The notes under the pieces are model-generated. The model searched no databases and was not told the origin of the DNA. It was given only the letters and a program-made list of their open reading frames with translations. Below, piece after piece: positions 27,191-36,541 of a DNA stretch of 64,000 nt (its first letter is position 1; every line of letters begins with the position of its first letter). The translations under genes and the position numbers were made by a program. This DNA comes from a virus. The DNA is taken from IMG/VR virus record IMGVR_UViG_3300012953_000001, positions 32,001 to 96,000 of that record; one strand, given 5' to 3'.

Positions 27191-28177
27191 ATGGATTATA
27201 GACATGAAATCATGTCCATATTGCAGAGCCACATAAGATTCCACGAACACCAATCCGGTACTACAAATGTCGCTGCTTACTGCCCCTTTCATAAGGGTGG
27301 TAAGGAGTCTAAGCCCTCATTCTACGTGTACGTAGGGCCTCCCACGAGCAACAAGCTCCCAGGGGCCTGTTTCTGTCATACGTGTAGTGAGGGTTGGAGC
27401 CTGATAGGTCTCCTAAAGAAGTTGTCTGTACCGAACTCCCTTATAGACACCATACGGTCCCACGTAGAAGAAGCTTACCCTGAGCAAAAAAGGGACAAGC
27501 TCGAATTTGGGTGGACCCAACTACCTGAGGCGGTTCTAGGCATGTTTTCTTACATGCCTAAGAACTTGCTTGAGATTGGTTTTTCTGAGGAGGTGTTACG
27601 TGAGTATGAAGTGGGCTTTGACAGAGGGCGTAAGAGGATAATTTTCCCCATTCGAAACCACCTTGGTGAGTTAGTGGCTATGTCTGGTCGTACCGTAAAG
27701 GACGCTTGGCCTAGGTACAAAATTTACAAGGAAGAGCTGTCCGAAGTTGTTGGCGGGTACTCTTTCGATAAGAAGGCGGTCTTGTGGGGACTAGATAAAT
27801 TTTATAATTCTCGCATGTATAATGATAGAAACATTGACATGCCTGTAGTAGTGTGTGAAGGATTCAAAGCAGCCTTGTGGGTTATCCAGAGTGGATACCC
27901 CTTCACCGTAGCAATTCTAGGGTCTTACTTGAGTAAGGAACAAGAAGCATTGTTATCAAGAGTAGCAAATCGGGTTGTGCTATTTCTCGATAATGATGAT
28001 GCGGGTAGAAAGGCTACTCACAAGATCATGGAGAACCAGCTTCAAGGTCTTGATTTAAAAGCTGCCAATTATAGGCAGAACCATGGCAAGTCTCCCGATG
28101 ACTTGTCGCTAACAGAGGTGCAAGCCGCGATAGAGACGGCACTAACACCGATTACTTGGAGGAGATCCAATGAGTAA
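27191..28177 (+). CDS. dnaG: DnaG-like primase
   Basis: CPFH...CHTC zinc finger, RIIFPIRN, VVCEGF and FLDNDDAGRKA TOPRIM motifs. Confidence 0.92.
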   Translation: MDYRHEIMSILQSHIRFHEHQSGTTNVAAYCPFHKGGKESKPSFYVYVGPPTSNKLPGACFCHTCSEGWSLIGLLKKLSVPNSLIDTIRSHVEEAYPEQKRDKLEFGWTQLPEAVLGMFSYMPKNLLEIGFSEEVLREYEVGFDRGRKRIIFPIRNHLGELVAMSGRTVKDAWPRYKIYKEELSEVVGGYSFDKKAVLWGLDKFYNSRMYNDRNIDMPVVVCEGFKAALWVIQSGYPFTVAILGSYLSKEQEALLSRVANRVVLFLDNDDAGRKATHKIMENQLQGLDLKAANYRQNHGKSPDDLSLTEVQAAIETALTPITWRRSNE

Positions 28178-29297
28178 AGTTGATTACGCAGAATTTCAAA
28201 AAATGCAGGCAGAGAAACGCCAGCGGCTTCTTAATAAAACTAAGCAAGCCAACCGCCCTAGCGGCGGAGGCGGAAACAAGAGTGGGGGCTATGAGGTTCC
28301 TGCTTGGAAGAAACGCCAAGAGTACTTCAAGCCTGGAACGGAGCCCACAAAGATCCGCCTTATCCCTAATGATAAAGGAGAACTGTGGTATCCCTACATG
28401 AGCAAGTGGGTTTCTACCGCGAAAGGAAAGAGAAATATTATCTCTAATGCCTGGAACGGTGACAGAGACATGCCGTGTGTCCTCTACTACTACGCAGTGG
28501 AGAATGAGAACGCGGACTACCTTGCCTCGGAGCAAATGGTCACAACCGTACTTGTCTTGGAAGATTACTATAAGATCCCCAAGACATCTGCCAAAGGTAA
28601 CGAGTACCACGTGTACGAGAAAAGCCTTGGCACAGATAAGCACGGTAGGACCTTAGACCCCGCAGAGTATCAGAGTTATGAGAAGTCATTTGGGAGGAAA
28701 CTGCATTGGTCTATGTGGCCAAGCCAGCAGCGGAATTTCATGAATACGCTTCTCAGTCTTGTAGACAAATGTGCAAACTGCAAAGACGGTGAAATCAGTG
28801 TGTACGCGTATGGTTGCCCCCAGTGTGGAGGAACCATCGCGGACCACCGAGAAGAGCCTATCGACCGAGAAAGCGAACAGGTTCTGAGAACACAGAGCGT
28901 TGTTTGCCCTCATTGCGAGGCAACAGTCGTTGCGGAGCAGCAGTATGAGTGTGTAAAGCAAGACGGTTATGGAGGCGATTGGGTTGAGGGCTGTGGTAGC
29001 CCTATCCGTATCTCGCTCGATGAACCTCTCGACCTTGTTATTCGAGCCGTACCTGCCGGTAGAAGTGTCGCTATCGAAGTCTTGGAGTTTGGCCCCGCGT
29101 CAGACGACGGAAAGTCTATTCCTGACTGGATGACCAAGCCTTTCGAGTTCGACTCTTTCTTCGGGAAGATGGACTTGGCTGATCAAGCGAACTCTATGGG
29201 TCTCCCGATGCCCTTCGAGGAATCGGCACAAGCTCTTGTAGATCAATTTTTTGAAGCACAGGCCGACGAGGAAGATGACGATAGCATCCCCTTCTAG
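28170..29297 (+). CDS. putative single-stranded DNA-binding protein with Zn-ribbons
   Basis: TKIRLIP start, three CxxC pairs, acidic tail DEEDDDSIPF; lies between primase and polymerase. Confidence 0.7.
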   Translation: MSKVDYAEFQKMQAEKRQRLLNKTKQANRPSGGGGNKSGGYEVPAWKKRQEYFKPGTEPTKIRLIPNDKGELWYPYMSKWVSTAKGKRNIISNAWNGDRDMPCVLYYYAVENENADYLASEQMVTTVLVLEDYYKIPKTSAKGNEYHVYEKSLGTDKHGRTLDPAEYQSYEKSFGRKLHWSMWPSQQRNFMNTLLSLVDKCANCKDGEISVYAYGCPQCGGTIADHREEPIDRESEQVLRTQSVVCPHCEATVVAEQQYECVKQDGYGGDWVEGCGSPIRISLDEPLDLVIRAVPAGRSVAIEVLEFGPASDDGKSIPDWMTKPFEFDSFFGKMDLADQANSMGLPMPFEESAQALVDQFFEAQADEEDDDSIPF

Positions 29298-29308
29298 GCG
29301 GTAATTAG

Positions 29309-29345
29309 GCGGGGGCTCGGGAGACCGGGTCCCCGCTTTCTTTTC
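29309..29345 (+). terminator. intrinsic terminator/attenuator between SSB and DNA polymerase
   Basis: 12-bp stem GCGGGGGCTCGG-GAGA-CCGGGTCCCCGC followed by TTTCTTTT. Confidence 0.8.
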
Positions 29346-29360
29346 CCAAGGAGGACTATC

Positions 29361-31250
29361 ATGGGGATGTTTACGCTTCTTCCAGAAGCAATCGCAATTC
29401 GTACGCCTGAACAAGCTGCTCAGGTGATTGAGGACTACTCGGACGCTAGGATTGTAGCGTTTGATACGGAGACCACTGGTCTGTCTCGGTCTAAAGACCG
29501 CGCCGTTATTTTAGCCATAAGTGATGGTGAAAGCCGTTACGCAATTTATCCAGAAGTAATTCCTTACTTCAAAGACTTCTTAGAGAATCCCGAACTAAAG
29601 CTCGTTGCTCACAACGCAAACTTTGACCAGTGGATGCTCTTAAATATTGGCATCGACCTTAATAGGCACTCTTTGCGGAACCACTACCGTGTCTACGACA
29701 CAATGGTTATGCATGCGTTGGTTGATGACACAATTGGCCACGATCTTAAGTCGCTCGTAAAAAGTTACTTAGGTATCGAGATGGTCCCATTCAAGAGTGT
29801 CTTCGGTTCACAGATGCGCCGAAGAACACTTCATGACCTACTACTAGATCCGGAAAATGAGGAGGTAGTGACGAACTACGCCTCCTTGGATGCGTACGCC
29901 ACCTTTAAGCTTTTCATCGCGCTCCGAGAGGAGTTGATGGAAATGTTTACTGGTAATAATGAGTACAAGAGTCTCTGGGAGTACTATTACAAAACAGAGC
30001 TTCCTTTCACAAAGATACTTTGGGAAATGGAGCGTGTTGGCGTCAAGATCGACAAGGACGCACTGCTTGAGCAGGCTCCCAAGATCGAAGCAGAGCTTTT
30101 GTCTATCCAGAAATGGTTCGGACGAGAGATGCGGCAACTGTATGTGAACCTAAACTCTAAAGACCAAATGGGTGCTTTCTTCTTTGGAGAACTTGGCCAC
30201 AAGCCTCTGTCTTATACAGAGAAAGGCAAACCCCAGCTAAACGCAGCCACTCTACAAAAGTGGGAACGTGGTGGTTGTGAGTACGCCACTAAGCTCCTTA
30301 GATATAGGGACCAAGATAAGAAGCTCTCCACATACATAACAAACTTGTTGGACCGGATACATATAGACGACAGGATCCATGCGACGTTCAATCAAACGGG
30401 AGCAAGGACCGGTCGATTAAGTTCTTCTGAACCGAACCTACAGAACCAACCCGCGTACATCAGAGGTGCCTATGTAGGTTCAAATATGACCAAGTTATAC
30501 GCTGCTGACTATGCGCAGCTTGAGATGCGTATCCTTGCGCATTTCTCAGAAGACCCTTCCCTAATAAACGCCATCAGAAGTGGCCAGGATGTGCACACAA
30601 GTACCGCCTCTAAAATGTTCAAAGTTCCCTATGAAGACATCATGGTTGCAAGGGAAAAAGACGACAATGATGAGGAGCTTACTGCTCATGAAAAGACACT
30701 TCTCAAGCATCGAAAAGGCGCGAAAGCTATTAACTTTGGGCTCATGTATGGGCAGGGTTCTGGGCGGTTAGCTGCCACCCTGAATTGCTCTATCGATGAA
30801 GCAAAGATGCTTATCCGCCAGTATTTTGCGGCCTTCCCTAAGGTCACGAAGTATTTCAAAAGTGCTATTCGGGAAGCTTCTGAACTAGAGTACTGCTCCA
30901 CCATTCTTGGTAGACGCAGACAAGTTCCAGGGCTGAATTCAAATGTCAGCATGGACAGAGGTAACGCAGAGCGTCAAGTGAAGAACTCCCCCATTCAAGG
31001 GACCGCTGCCGATATTACTAAACTGGCAATGATCCGCTTATGGGAAGACCCACTCATCGAAGCCTCTGGAGCGAAGATGGTCATCCAAGTTCACGATGAA
31101 ATCGTGTTCGAGGTACCGGACGAGTTCGTAAATGATGAAGAATTTAACAACAGAATTTCAGATCTAATGGCCCAACCTTTCTCGTTTGACCTAGCGGTTC
31201 CGCTGGAGACCTCGGGTAAGTACGGGGCTAACTGGTCGGAGTGTAAGTGA
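29361..31250 (+). CDS. polA: family A DNA polymerase (3'-5' exonuclease plus polymerase; no 5' nuclease domain)
   Basis: FDTETTGL, HNANFD, YASLDA; ADYAQLEMRILAH (A), RKGAKAINFGLMYG (B), QVHDEIV (C). Confidence 0.97.
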   Translation: MGMFTLLPEAIAIRTPEQAAQVIEDYSDARIVAFDTETTGLSRSKDRAVILAISDGESRYAIYPEVIPYFKDFLENPELKLVAHNANFDQWMLLNIGIDLNRHSLRNHYRVYDTMVMHALVDDTIGHDLKSLVKSYLGIEMVPFKSVFGSQMRRRTLHDLLLDPENEEVVTNYASLDAYATFKLFIALREELMEMFTGNNEYKSLWEYYYKTELPFTKILWEMERVGVKIDKDALLEQAPKIEAELLSIQKWFGREMRQLYVNLNSKDQMGAFFFGELGHKPLSYTEKGKPQLNAATLQKWERGGCEYATKLLRYRDQDKKLSTYITNLLDRIHIDDRIHATFNQTGARTGRLSSSEPNLQNQPAYIRGAYVGSNMTKLYAADYAQLEMRILAHFSEDPSLINAIRSGQDVHTSTASKMFKVPYEDIMVAREKDDNDEELTAHEKTLLKHRKGAKAINFGLMYGQGSGRLAATLNCSIDEAKMLIRQYFAAFPKVTKYFKSAIREASELEYCSTILGRRRQVPGLNSNVSMDRGNAERQVKNSPIQGTAADITKLAMIRLWEDPLIEASGAKMVIQVHDEIVFEVPDEFVNDEEFNNRISDLMAQPFSFDLAVPLETSGKYGANWSECK

Positions 31251-31393
31251 TGAACGAAATAATTCTTGAGATAGTGAGGGTGGTTCTAGCTGACGAGGCC
31301 CTTAGAGAGCAGGTTTTGTCTGAGTTGGATATTACCGATGAGGCGGCTTGGGCAATTAAAGAAGCCTACGAAAACCAAGACGAGACTTTATGA
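31250..31393 (+). CDS. small acidic protein (47 aa), not in ORF track
   Basis: MNEIILEIVRVVLADEALREQVLSELDITDEAAWAIKEAYENQDETL; start overlaps the pol stop, stop overlaps the next ATG. Confidence 0.65.
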   Translation: MNEIILEIVRVVLADEALREQVLSELDITDEAAWAIKEAYENQDETL

Positions 31394-31581
31394 AAACCCC
31401 GTGGAGCAAGCACGAGGATGAAATGGTGCGGAGGCTTTGGCCGACACACCACGTCACCCGAATAGCTAGAAAGCTGAAGCGTTCTGACGCTGCGGTAGCC
31501 CGCAGAGCTTATAGACTTCTTGGTACCAAGCGTATCCAGGAGATTAGACAACTAAATAAAAAGCTGCGGGAGAGTCGATGA
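31390..31581 (+). CDS. small Myb/GcrA-like HTH protein
   Basis: PWSKHEDEMVRRLW...TRIARKLKRSDAAVARRAYRL. Confidence 0.65.
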   Translation: MKTPWSKHEDEMVRRLWPTHHVTRIARKLKRSDAAVARRAYRLLGTKRIQEIRQLNKKLRESR

Positions 31582-31766
31582 TGGAGCGACATTACAGAAT
31601 AATTATTGAGGAGGAGCTACGGGCTAACAACCCAAAGCAAGCCCTCGTGTACGCCTTAGAAAGAATACAGACCGAAGAAACTGTCGCGTCTGTGACATGT
31701 GAATCTACTGGAGAAGTTTTCCATTACGAGATTCAAACCTTACAACGATTAGATAACGAAAATTGA
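31578..31766 (+). CDS. hypothetical protein (62 aa)
   Basis: coupled ORF, GGGAG upstream. Confidence 0.65.
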   Translation: MMERHYRIIIEEELRANNPKQALVYALERIQTEETVASVTCESTGEVFHYEIQTLQRLDNEN

Positions 31767-31776
31767 GGAGGTCCTT

Positions 31777-32010
31777 ATGGGCTGGTGGTCTATTAATAAT
31801 ACGGTGTTGGACGGAGGTATCCACGAAGGTGGTACCGAAATGTTCAATGGAGATGGTCCCGCAGATATCATGGGTGTAGCGCTAGACTCAGTAGTTAAAG
31901 AGTACGAGTCTACCTGGGGACGAAAGCCTTTTAAGGAAGAGCTTCGTGCGGCGTTTAATTTTGTCGCCAATAGCCTAGAGCTAGAGAGCGTAAAAGAGAG
32001 CGTAAAATGA
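31777..32010 (+). CDS. hypothetical protein (77 aa)
   Basis: GAGGAGG RBS. Confidence 0.75.
   Translation: MGWWSINNTVLDGGIHEGGTEMFNGDGPADIMGVALDSVVKEYESTWGRKPFKEELRAAFNFVANSLELESVKESVK
31984..32007 (+). repeat. 12-bp tandem duplication
   Basis: GAGAGCGTAAAA x2, encoding ESVKESVK and ending in the next ATG. Confidence 0.9.
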
Positions 32011-32798
32011 CCGATAGAGACGCTAAGCTTCCAGAGGATTACTGGGAGCCTTTGTGGCCGGGTAAGCCTATCAACAATGAGTACAAGCATGTTGATGGGA
32101 ATGCTACAGCGGATACTTGGTGCAACGAAAAGTGCCAAGTTTACGTGTACGATTACCCCCCGCTAGAGGGGTGGCCACCTATTATTGAGATGTCCCTAAA
32201 GTTGAATTCACGAGAGCCGTGGAGAGACTGGCGGGATTTTTACCGGATTAAATCAGAGCTATGTGGGACAAAATGCTGGGCTATAGAGGTGTACCCCGCG
32301 CAGGATGCTTTAGTGGACTCCTGTAACCAGTACCACATGTTCGTTTTCCCTCCAGACGTAGCGTGGCCTATCAGGCTTCACCAAGCAAAAATCACCAGTT
32401 ACGGTGAGGAATTCCAAGAGATGCACCGACTTGCAGCTAAGGAGTTTGGTGAAGAAGAGTGGCAGGCCATGTCCAGTAGGACCAAACAAAGGGATTGGCA
32501 TGAGCACCATAAATGCGATGAGCTTCCTGAGATTGGCCCGGTCTGGAGAAAGCGTGGGTACTTCATTAACGATGAAGGCGAAGTTGAGAAGGGGGAGGCT
32601 CCGGTAGAGGAGCCCCCTCAAGATGTTGGACAGATGCTCATGCAAGCTGTCTTGGGCACAATGACGGGCACCTCTTTTGATCCGGACTATAAAGAAGTAG
32701 CGCCAAAAACGACGCAACGGAAAAAAGGGAACAAGAGCAGGAAGAAGATGAGCAAGAAAAGCCGACAACAAAACAGAAAACGACGAACCAAGAAGTAG
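32007..32798 (+). CDS. DUF7694-like protein with highly basic C-terminus
   Basis: WRDFYRIKSELCG...AIEVYPAQDALVDSCNQYHMFV; tail KKGNKSRKKMSKKSRQQNRKRRTKK. Confidence 0.6.
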   Translation: MTDRDAKLPEDYWEPLWPGKPINNEYKHVDGNATADTWCNEKCQVYVYDYPPLEGWPPIIEMSLKLNSREPWRDWRDFYRIKSELCGTKCWAIEVYPAQDALVDSCNQYHMFVFPPDVAWPIRLHQAKITSYGEEFQEMHRLAAKEFGEEEWQAMSSRTKQRDWHEHHKCDELPEIGPVWRKRGYFINDEGEVEKGEAPVEEPPQDVGQMLMQAVLGTMTGTSFDPDYKEVAPKTTQRKKGNKSRKKMSKKSRQQNRKRRTKK

Positions 32799-32807
32799 GA
32801 GGGTAGA

Positions 32808-32876
32808 ATGCTTGGGTTTACAATTGGTACTGTCTTTGGCGCAGCTGTAATTATTTACTTACGCGACTATCGGTAA
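32808..32876 (+). CDS. 22-aa single-pass membrane peptide, not in ORF track
   Basis: MLGFTIGTVFGAAVIIYLRDYR preceded by AGGAGGG; fills the intergenic gap. Confidence 0.55.
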   Translation: MLGFTIGTVFGAAVIIYLRDYR

Positions 32877-32880
32877 TAAC

Positions 32881-33132
32881 ATGTGGTTCTTTTATGTGGT
32901 TAGATGCTCTGACAACTCTCTCTACGCAGGAATAACAACCTGTGTAGAGAGACGTATAAAAGACCACAACACAACTGCCAGAGGTGCAAAGTACACAAGA
33001 AGCCGAAGACCTGTCTCCTTGGCTATGACTAAAATATTTGGTAATAAATCAGAGGCCCTTAAATATGAGATCGGCTTCAAAAGACTGTCTAAAAAAGACA
33101 AGGAAGATATATGCTCAAAGGAGGGTATGTGA
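32881..33132 (+). CDS. standalone GIY-YIG nuclease (UPF0213/SLX1-like)
   Basis: FYVVRCSDNSLYAGIT..VERRIKDHN...GAKYTRSRRPV...EALKYE. Confidence 0.9.
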   Translation: MWFFYVVRCSDNSLYAGITTCVERRIKDHNTTARGAKYTRSRRPVSLAMTKIFGNKSEALKYEIGFKRLSKKDKEDICSKEGM

Positions 33133-33414
33133 ATGAAAACTAAATACGCAATACCAACAGCGTTAGTAGATGATTTAATTCTTTCGGGAATGGCTACTGA
33201 CGAAGATGAGGCTATAGAAAAAGTAGCCTCCGGTTCAGGGCTAGTAGCTCTCAGAAACCACAAACAGCGACAGCTTGAAACGCTTATGATTGAGAAGGAC
33301 CATGGTATTACTCACCGTGGAGCCTCAGAAGGAAGCAAGATCTCCGAACTAGAAAGCGAGATTGAAGAGATAAATAAGTTGATTGAGTTTCGAGACGTAT
33401 CGGTGGAGGACTAG
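33133..33414 (+). CDS. hypothetical coiled-coil protein (93 aa)
   Basis: ORF abutting both neighbours. Confidence 0.7.
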   Translation: MKTKYAIPTALVDDLILSGMATDEDEAIEKVASGSGLVALRNHKQRQLETLMIEKDHGITHRGASEGSKISELESEIEEINKLIEFRDVSVED

Positions 33415-34470
33415 ATGGCAAAGGATGATTTATCAAAGCTAATAAAAGGCGTTCAAAAGAGCTTGGGTGGGGCGGCAAAGATCTCCCATCTAGCCGAAGT
33501 GGATGCTCCGTTTCTGACTAGGCTTCCCACAGGGATTTTAAGTCTAGATCTAGCGTTAAAGGGCGGCTTCCCCGCAGGCTCTATGCACCAATTGTTTGGT
33601 CCTGACGGCGCAGGCAAAGACTTCCTTTCAAATCTAGTTATTGCCCAGCTACAGAGAGACTATGGAGAAAAGGCAAACGTTGCCTGGATGAGCTTCGGCT
33701 ATAAGCCCGATGTCCCATTCATGGAAATGTGCGGAATTGATGTCGATCTAGGTAACCTAATGTTTATTGATATTGGGAACGAGGACGCGTTAGACCAGCC
33801 TGCTGAGTCTCTTTTGACTGCAATGCTAGATCTTATCAGGTCTAATAAATTCCAGCTTATGGTTATCAATGAGCTTGGGTCGGGAGAGACCAAAGACAAT
33901 GTTAAGAAGGGACTCCATGAAGACGCTAAGATTGCTACTTGGGCAAGCTTGATGTCTACATTCTGCCAGAAGTTCTACAGTGCTATGCGCACTCCTGGCG
34001 AAGATGGTGAGCCTAACAAGACATGTGTAATAATGATTAATCCTGTTCGCGCAAACATTGATGCACGTTCTGCGAAGTACTTCCCATACTCTCAAGGTGG
34101 GGGTTACGCGCTGAAGCATGCTAAAGCTGTAGACCTTCACCTCCGCGCTGGAAGCACTATCAAAACTGGTGGTGAGAAAGTGGGTAAGGAGATTAAGTGG
34201 AAGATCAGCAAAGGCAAGCACGGAATCTCAGAGGGTGCTGAGGGCGGCTACACATTCATGTTTAACCGAGGAGTTGACCTTATAGAGGACCTCGCGAATA
34301 CAGCTAAATCTCTTGGGGTAATCAGAAGCTCTGGCCCTGTGTACTATGTCTTGGACTACGATGACAAAGTAAAGGGCGGAATCAGCGGCGTTGTAGACAT
34401 GCTGAAGAAGTCACCAACTCTCTGCGAGGAAGTCCGACAAGCAGTCTTGGAAAGGACTGCTGATGTCTAG
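33415..34470 (+). CDS. recA: RecA/UvsX-like recombinase with atypical Walker motifs
   Basis: LPTGILSLDLALKGGFPAG, LFGPDGAGKD, GGYALKHAKAVDL, GVDLIEDL. Confidence 0.85.
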   Translation: MAKDDLSKLIKGVQKSLGGAAKISHLAEVDAPFLTRLPTGILSLDLALKGGFPAGSMHQLFGPDGAGKDFLSNLVIAQLQRDYGEKANVAWMSFGYKPDVPFMEMCGIDVDLGNLMFIDIGNEDALDQPAESLLTAMLDLIRSNKFQLMVINELGSGETKDNVKKGLHEDAKIATWASLMSTFCQKFYSAMRTPGEDGEPNKTCVIMINPVRANIDARSAKYFPYSQGGGYALKHAKAVDLHLRAGSTIKTGGEKVGKEIKWKISKGKHGISEGAEGGYTFMFNRGVDLIEDLANTAKSLGVIRSSGPVYYVLDYDDKVKGGISGVVDMLKKSPTLCEEVRQAVLERTADV

Positions 34471-35224
34471 AATCTACGTTAAGATAGGACCCAAGTCCAT
34501 AAGGCACATAGTTGACGGTTTACCCTTCTTACCAGGGCTGTGTATGCATCGAATGCCTACATCTGGAAAGATAAGTGAACTTTACAACATTACGCATAAT
34601 AATAGTGGGCTTGCGGTCCTATCTTCCGTAGCGGAGAAAAACCTAGAACTGGCGAGAATGGTTCTGGGTCGATTGTTGTGGGACAGGTCCTCCGCCGCAA
34701 TCTTTGAAGATGAGCGGTACCACAAATTAATGGAGGAGGCTGACGCTGTGCTGACAAATCATGAGAGAAGTAAGAAACAAGAGAAACGAATCGCAGAAGA
34801 TGTTGGCGGAAAACGCCAGCCAGCGTCCGGTTCTCGCTGGGGGTGTAAGCGAGATATCGTCTCGCCACGCCTGCTGATAGAAGCAAAAACAACTAGGTCC
34901 GCTAAGCAAGCGGTATCAATAAAAGATCTACACTTCCTAACCAAGCAAGCTTACCAACAGGGCAAAATACCCGCGTACGTTATTGAGCTAGGCTCCAAGG
35001 AGGAAGTTGTCGTTATTCATTCGCAAGACATCGCTGAAGACGTTTTTTCGGAGTTCAACGAACAGAAAGAGATAAATTGTCAGACCAAGAAGTCATTCTC
35101 TATAACATCGGGACTTGTTGACTGGTTAGGGTCTGACAACTGCGCTTTGATAGTAACGTCTAGTGGGACTTACGCCCTGCTGAACTACTACTTCTTTTTG
35201 GAAGTAGCCAAGAGGGGATTATGA
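34463..35224 (+). CDS. PD-(D/E)xK nuclease, Holliday-junction-resolvase-like, with N-terminal extension
   Basis: QEKRIAEDVGGKRQPASGS...KRDIV...LLIEAKTT. Confidence 0.75.
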   Translation: MSRIYVKIGPKSIRHIVDGLPFLPGLCMHRMPTSGKISELYNITHNNSGLAVLSSVAEKNLELARMVLGRLLWDRSSAAIFEDERYHKLMEEADAVLTNHERSKKQEKRIAEDVGGKRQPASGSRWGCKRDIVSPRLLIEAKTTRSAKQAVSIKDLHFLTKQAYQQGKIPAYVIELGSKEEVVVIHSQDIAEDVFSEFNEQKEINCQTKKSFSITSGLVDWLGSDNCALIVTSSGTYALLNYYFFLEVAKRGL

Positions 35225-35937
35225 CAAAAGAAAGTAAAATGCCTGTGCGATGTCTCAGAGGAGACAAGCTACGGCATCACAACAACTTCAATACGAAGAA
35301 TGAGTATGACGCCCTCCTAGAGCAAGACAACAAAAAGCCTTGGACTAGGAAGGTCGGCCATCATCACCCATCTTCAATTGGGAATGTAAACAATGCTGCT
35401 TACGGGTGTCGTAGAGCCCTGTATTATGACCGAATAGGGGTGCCGCCTAAGGCGAGAACGACTGCGGATAAGCAAGTCATTTTTGACATGGGCCACTCAC
35501 TGCATGACATGATTCAAGACCGCTTCAAGGAGATTGAGGGCTTTGAATCAGAAGTGAATTGTGAATTCCCAGACCTAAATATTTACGGTCATTGTGATGG
35601 GGTGTTTCGCGAACAAGACTGGGTTCTCGAAATCAAAACGGTAGGCGAGAGTGTTTATCGGACATTGGTTCAGCCCAAGATAGAACACATCTGGCAGGTG
35701 CACTGCTATATGTTCTGCTTGGACATACCGAGAACACAGCTTTTCTACATAAACCGAGCCAGCGGCGCTACGAGACTTTTCAGAATCGAGTTTTCAAACA
35801 AGATCTGGGAAGAGATCGCTGCTGTCATTGGTGAGATTGAAGACCACGTCGAACGGCAAGAGCCACCCCCCAAAGAAGTGAGTAAATGGAAATGTGGGGG
35901 TTGTAAATTTTATCACGAATGTAAACCAGAATTTTAA
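35221..35937 (+). CDS. Cas4-like PD-(D/E)xK exonuclease with Fe-S Cys motif
   Basis: HPSS...CRRALYY, GHSLH, GHCDG, LEIKT, QVHCYM, CGGCKFYHEC. Confidence 0.85.
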   Translation: MTKESKMPVRCLRGDKLRHHNNFNTKNEYDALLEQDNKKPWTRKVGHHHPSSIGNVNNAAYGCRRALYYDRIGVPPKARTTADKQVIFDMGHSLHDMIQDRFKEIEGFESEVNCEFPDLNIYGHCDGVFREQDWVLEIKTVGESVYRTLVQPKIEHIWQVHCYMFCLDIPRTQLFYINRASGATRLFRIEFSNKIWEEIAAVIGEIEDHVERQEPPPKEVSKWKCGGCKFYHECKPEF

Positions 35938-35953
35938 TCGGGAGGCACCGAGT

Positions 35954-36541
35954 ATGACCCAGAAGAAGAAAGATCTTTTTCTGGAGCTACGGGGCACGCT
36001 GGAGGAGGACCTAAAAAGGACGGGCTTTGACCCAGACACAAATCCTCCAGGGAAAGAGCCTAAGATACGGGGCTCCGTAAGTGACCTAGACGCTCCAAAC
36101 TTAAAGAAGTTATATGACCAGTTCTTAGCATTCTACGACTACATAACCGACCAAATCGCTACAGATATTGGTTTCGTTATGGTCAGCAAAGCAAGACTAG
36201 AACAAGTTCATGCACAAGCACTGCTGAGGGCTCAGGGAGACTCATCCCTAAAGAATGCGGAACAGCGAAAAGCCGCAGCCACTACAGATGGAACGTATGT
36301 AGGGGCGCAAAGAGACTACACGTACTTCAAGGCTAAACTGGCGATGCAGCAAGAGCGCAGAGACAAATATAAACGCGCCATGGACAGGATCGGCAGGGAG
36401 CTTTGGTACCGAACGCAGGACGATAGTCAAGAGTTCTACACACCGGCATCAATCGCTAGACCTGTAGCGGACAACCACGCAGCGGAGGTTCAGAAGTTTA
36501 AGTCCGGTTATAAGCGGAGGGCGGTGAAGGATGGAACGTAA
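35954..36541 (+). CDS. coiled-coil protein, possibly UvsY-like recombination mediator
   Basis: start reassigned to MTQKKK (GGAGG RBS); long amphipathic helices; position in the recombination cluster. Confidence 0.55.
   Translation: MTQKKKDLFLELRGTLEEDLKRTGFDPDTNPPGKEPKIRGSVSDLDAPNLKKLYDQFLAFYDYITDQIATDIGFVMVSKARLEQVHAQALLRAQGDSSLKNAEQRKAAATTDGTYVGAQRDYTYFKAKLAMQQERRDKYKRAMDRIGRELWYRTQDDSQEFYTPASIARPVADNHAAEVQKFKSGYKRRAVKDGT

Noticed and set aside
11300-31250. Inteins or self-splicing introns in RNAP, helicase or DNA polymerase
   Set aside because: ORFs are continuous and of expected or reduced size; no C...HN intein ends or homing-endonuclease motifs seen
35221-35937. CRISPR-Cas system
   Set aside because: A Cas4-like nuclease only; no cas1/cas2, effector genes or repeat-spacer array seen in the window
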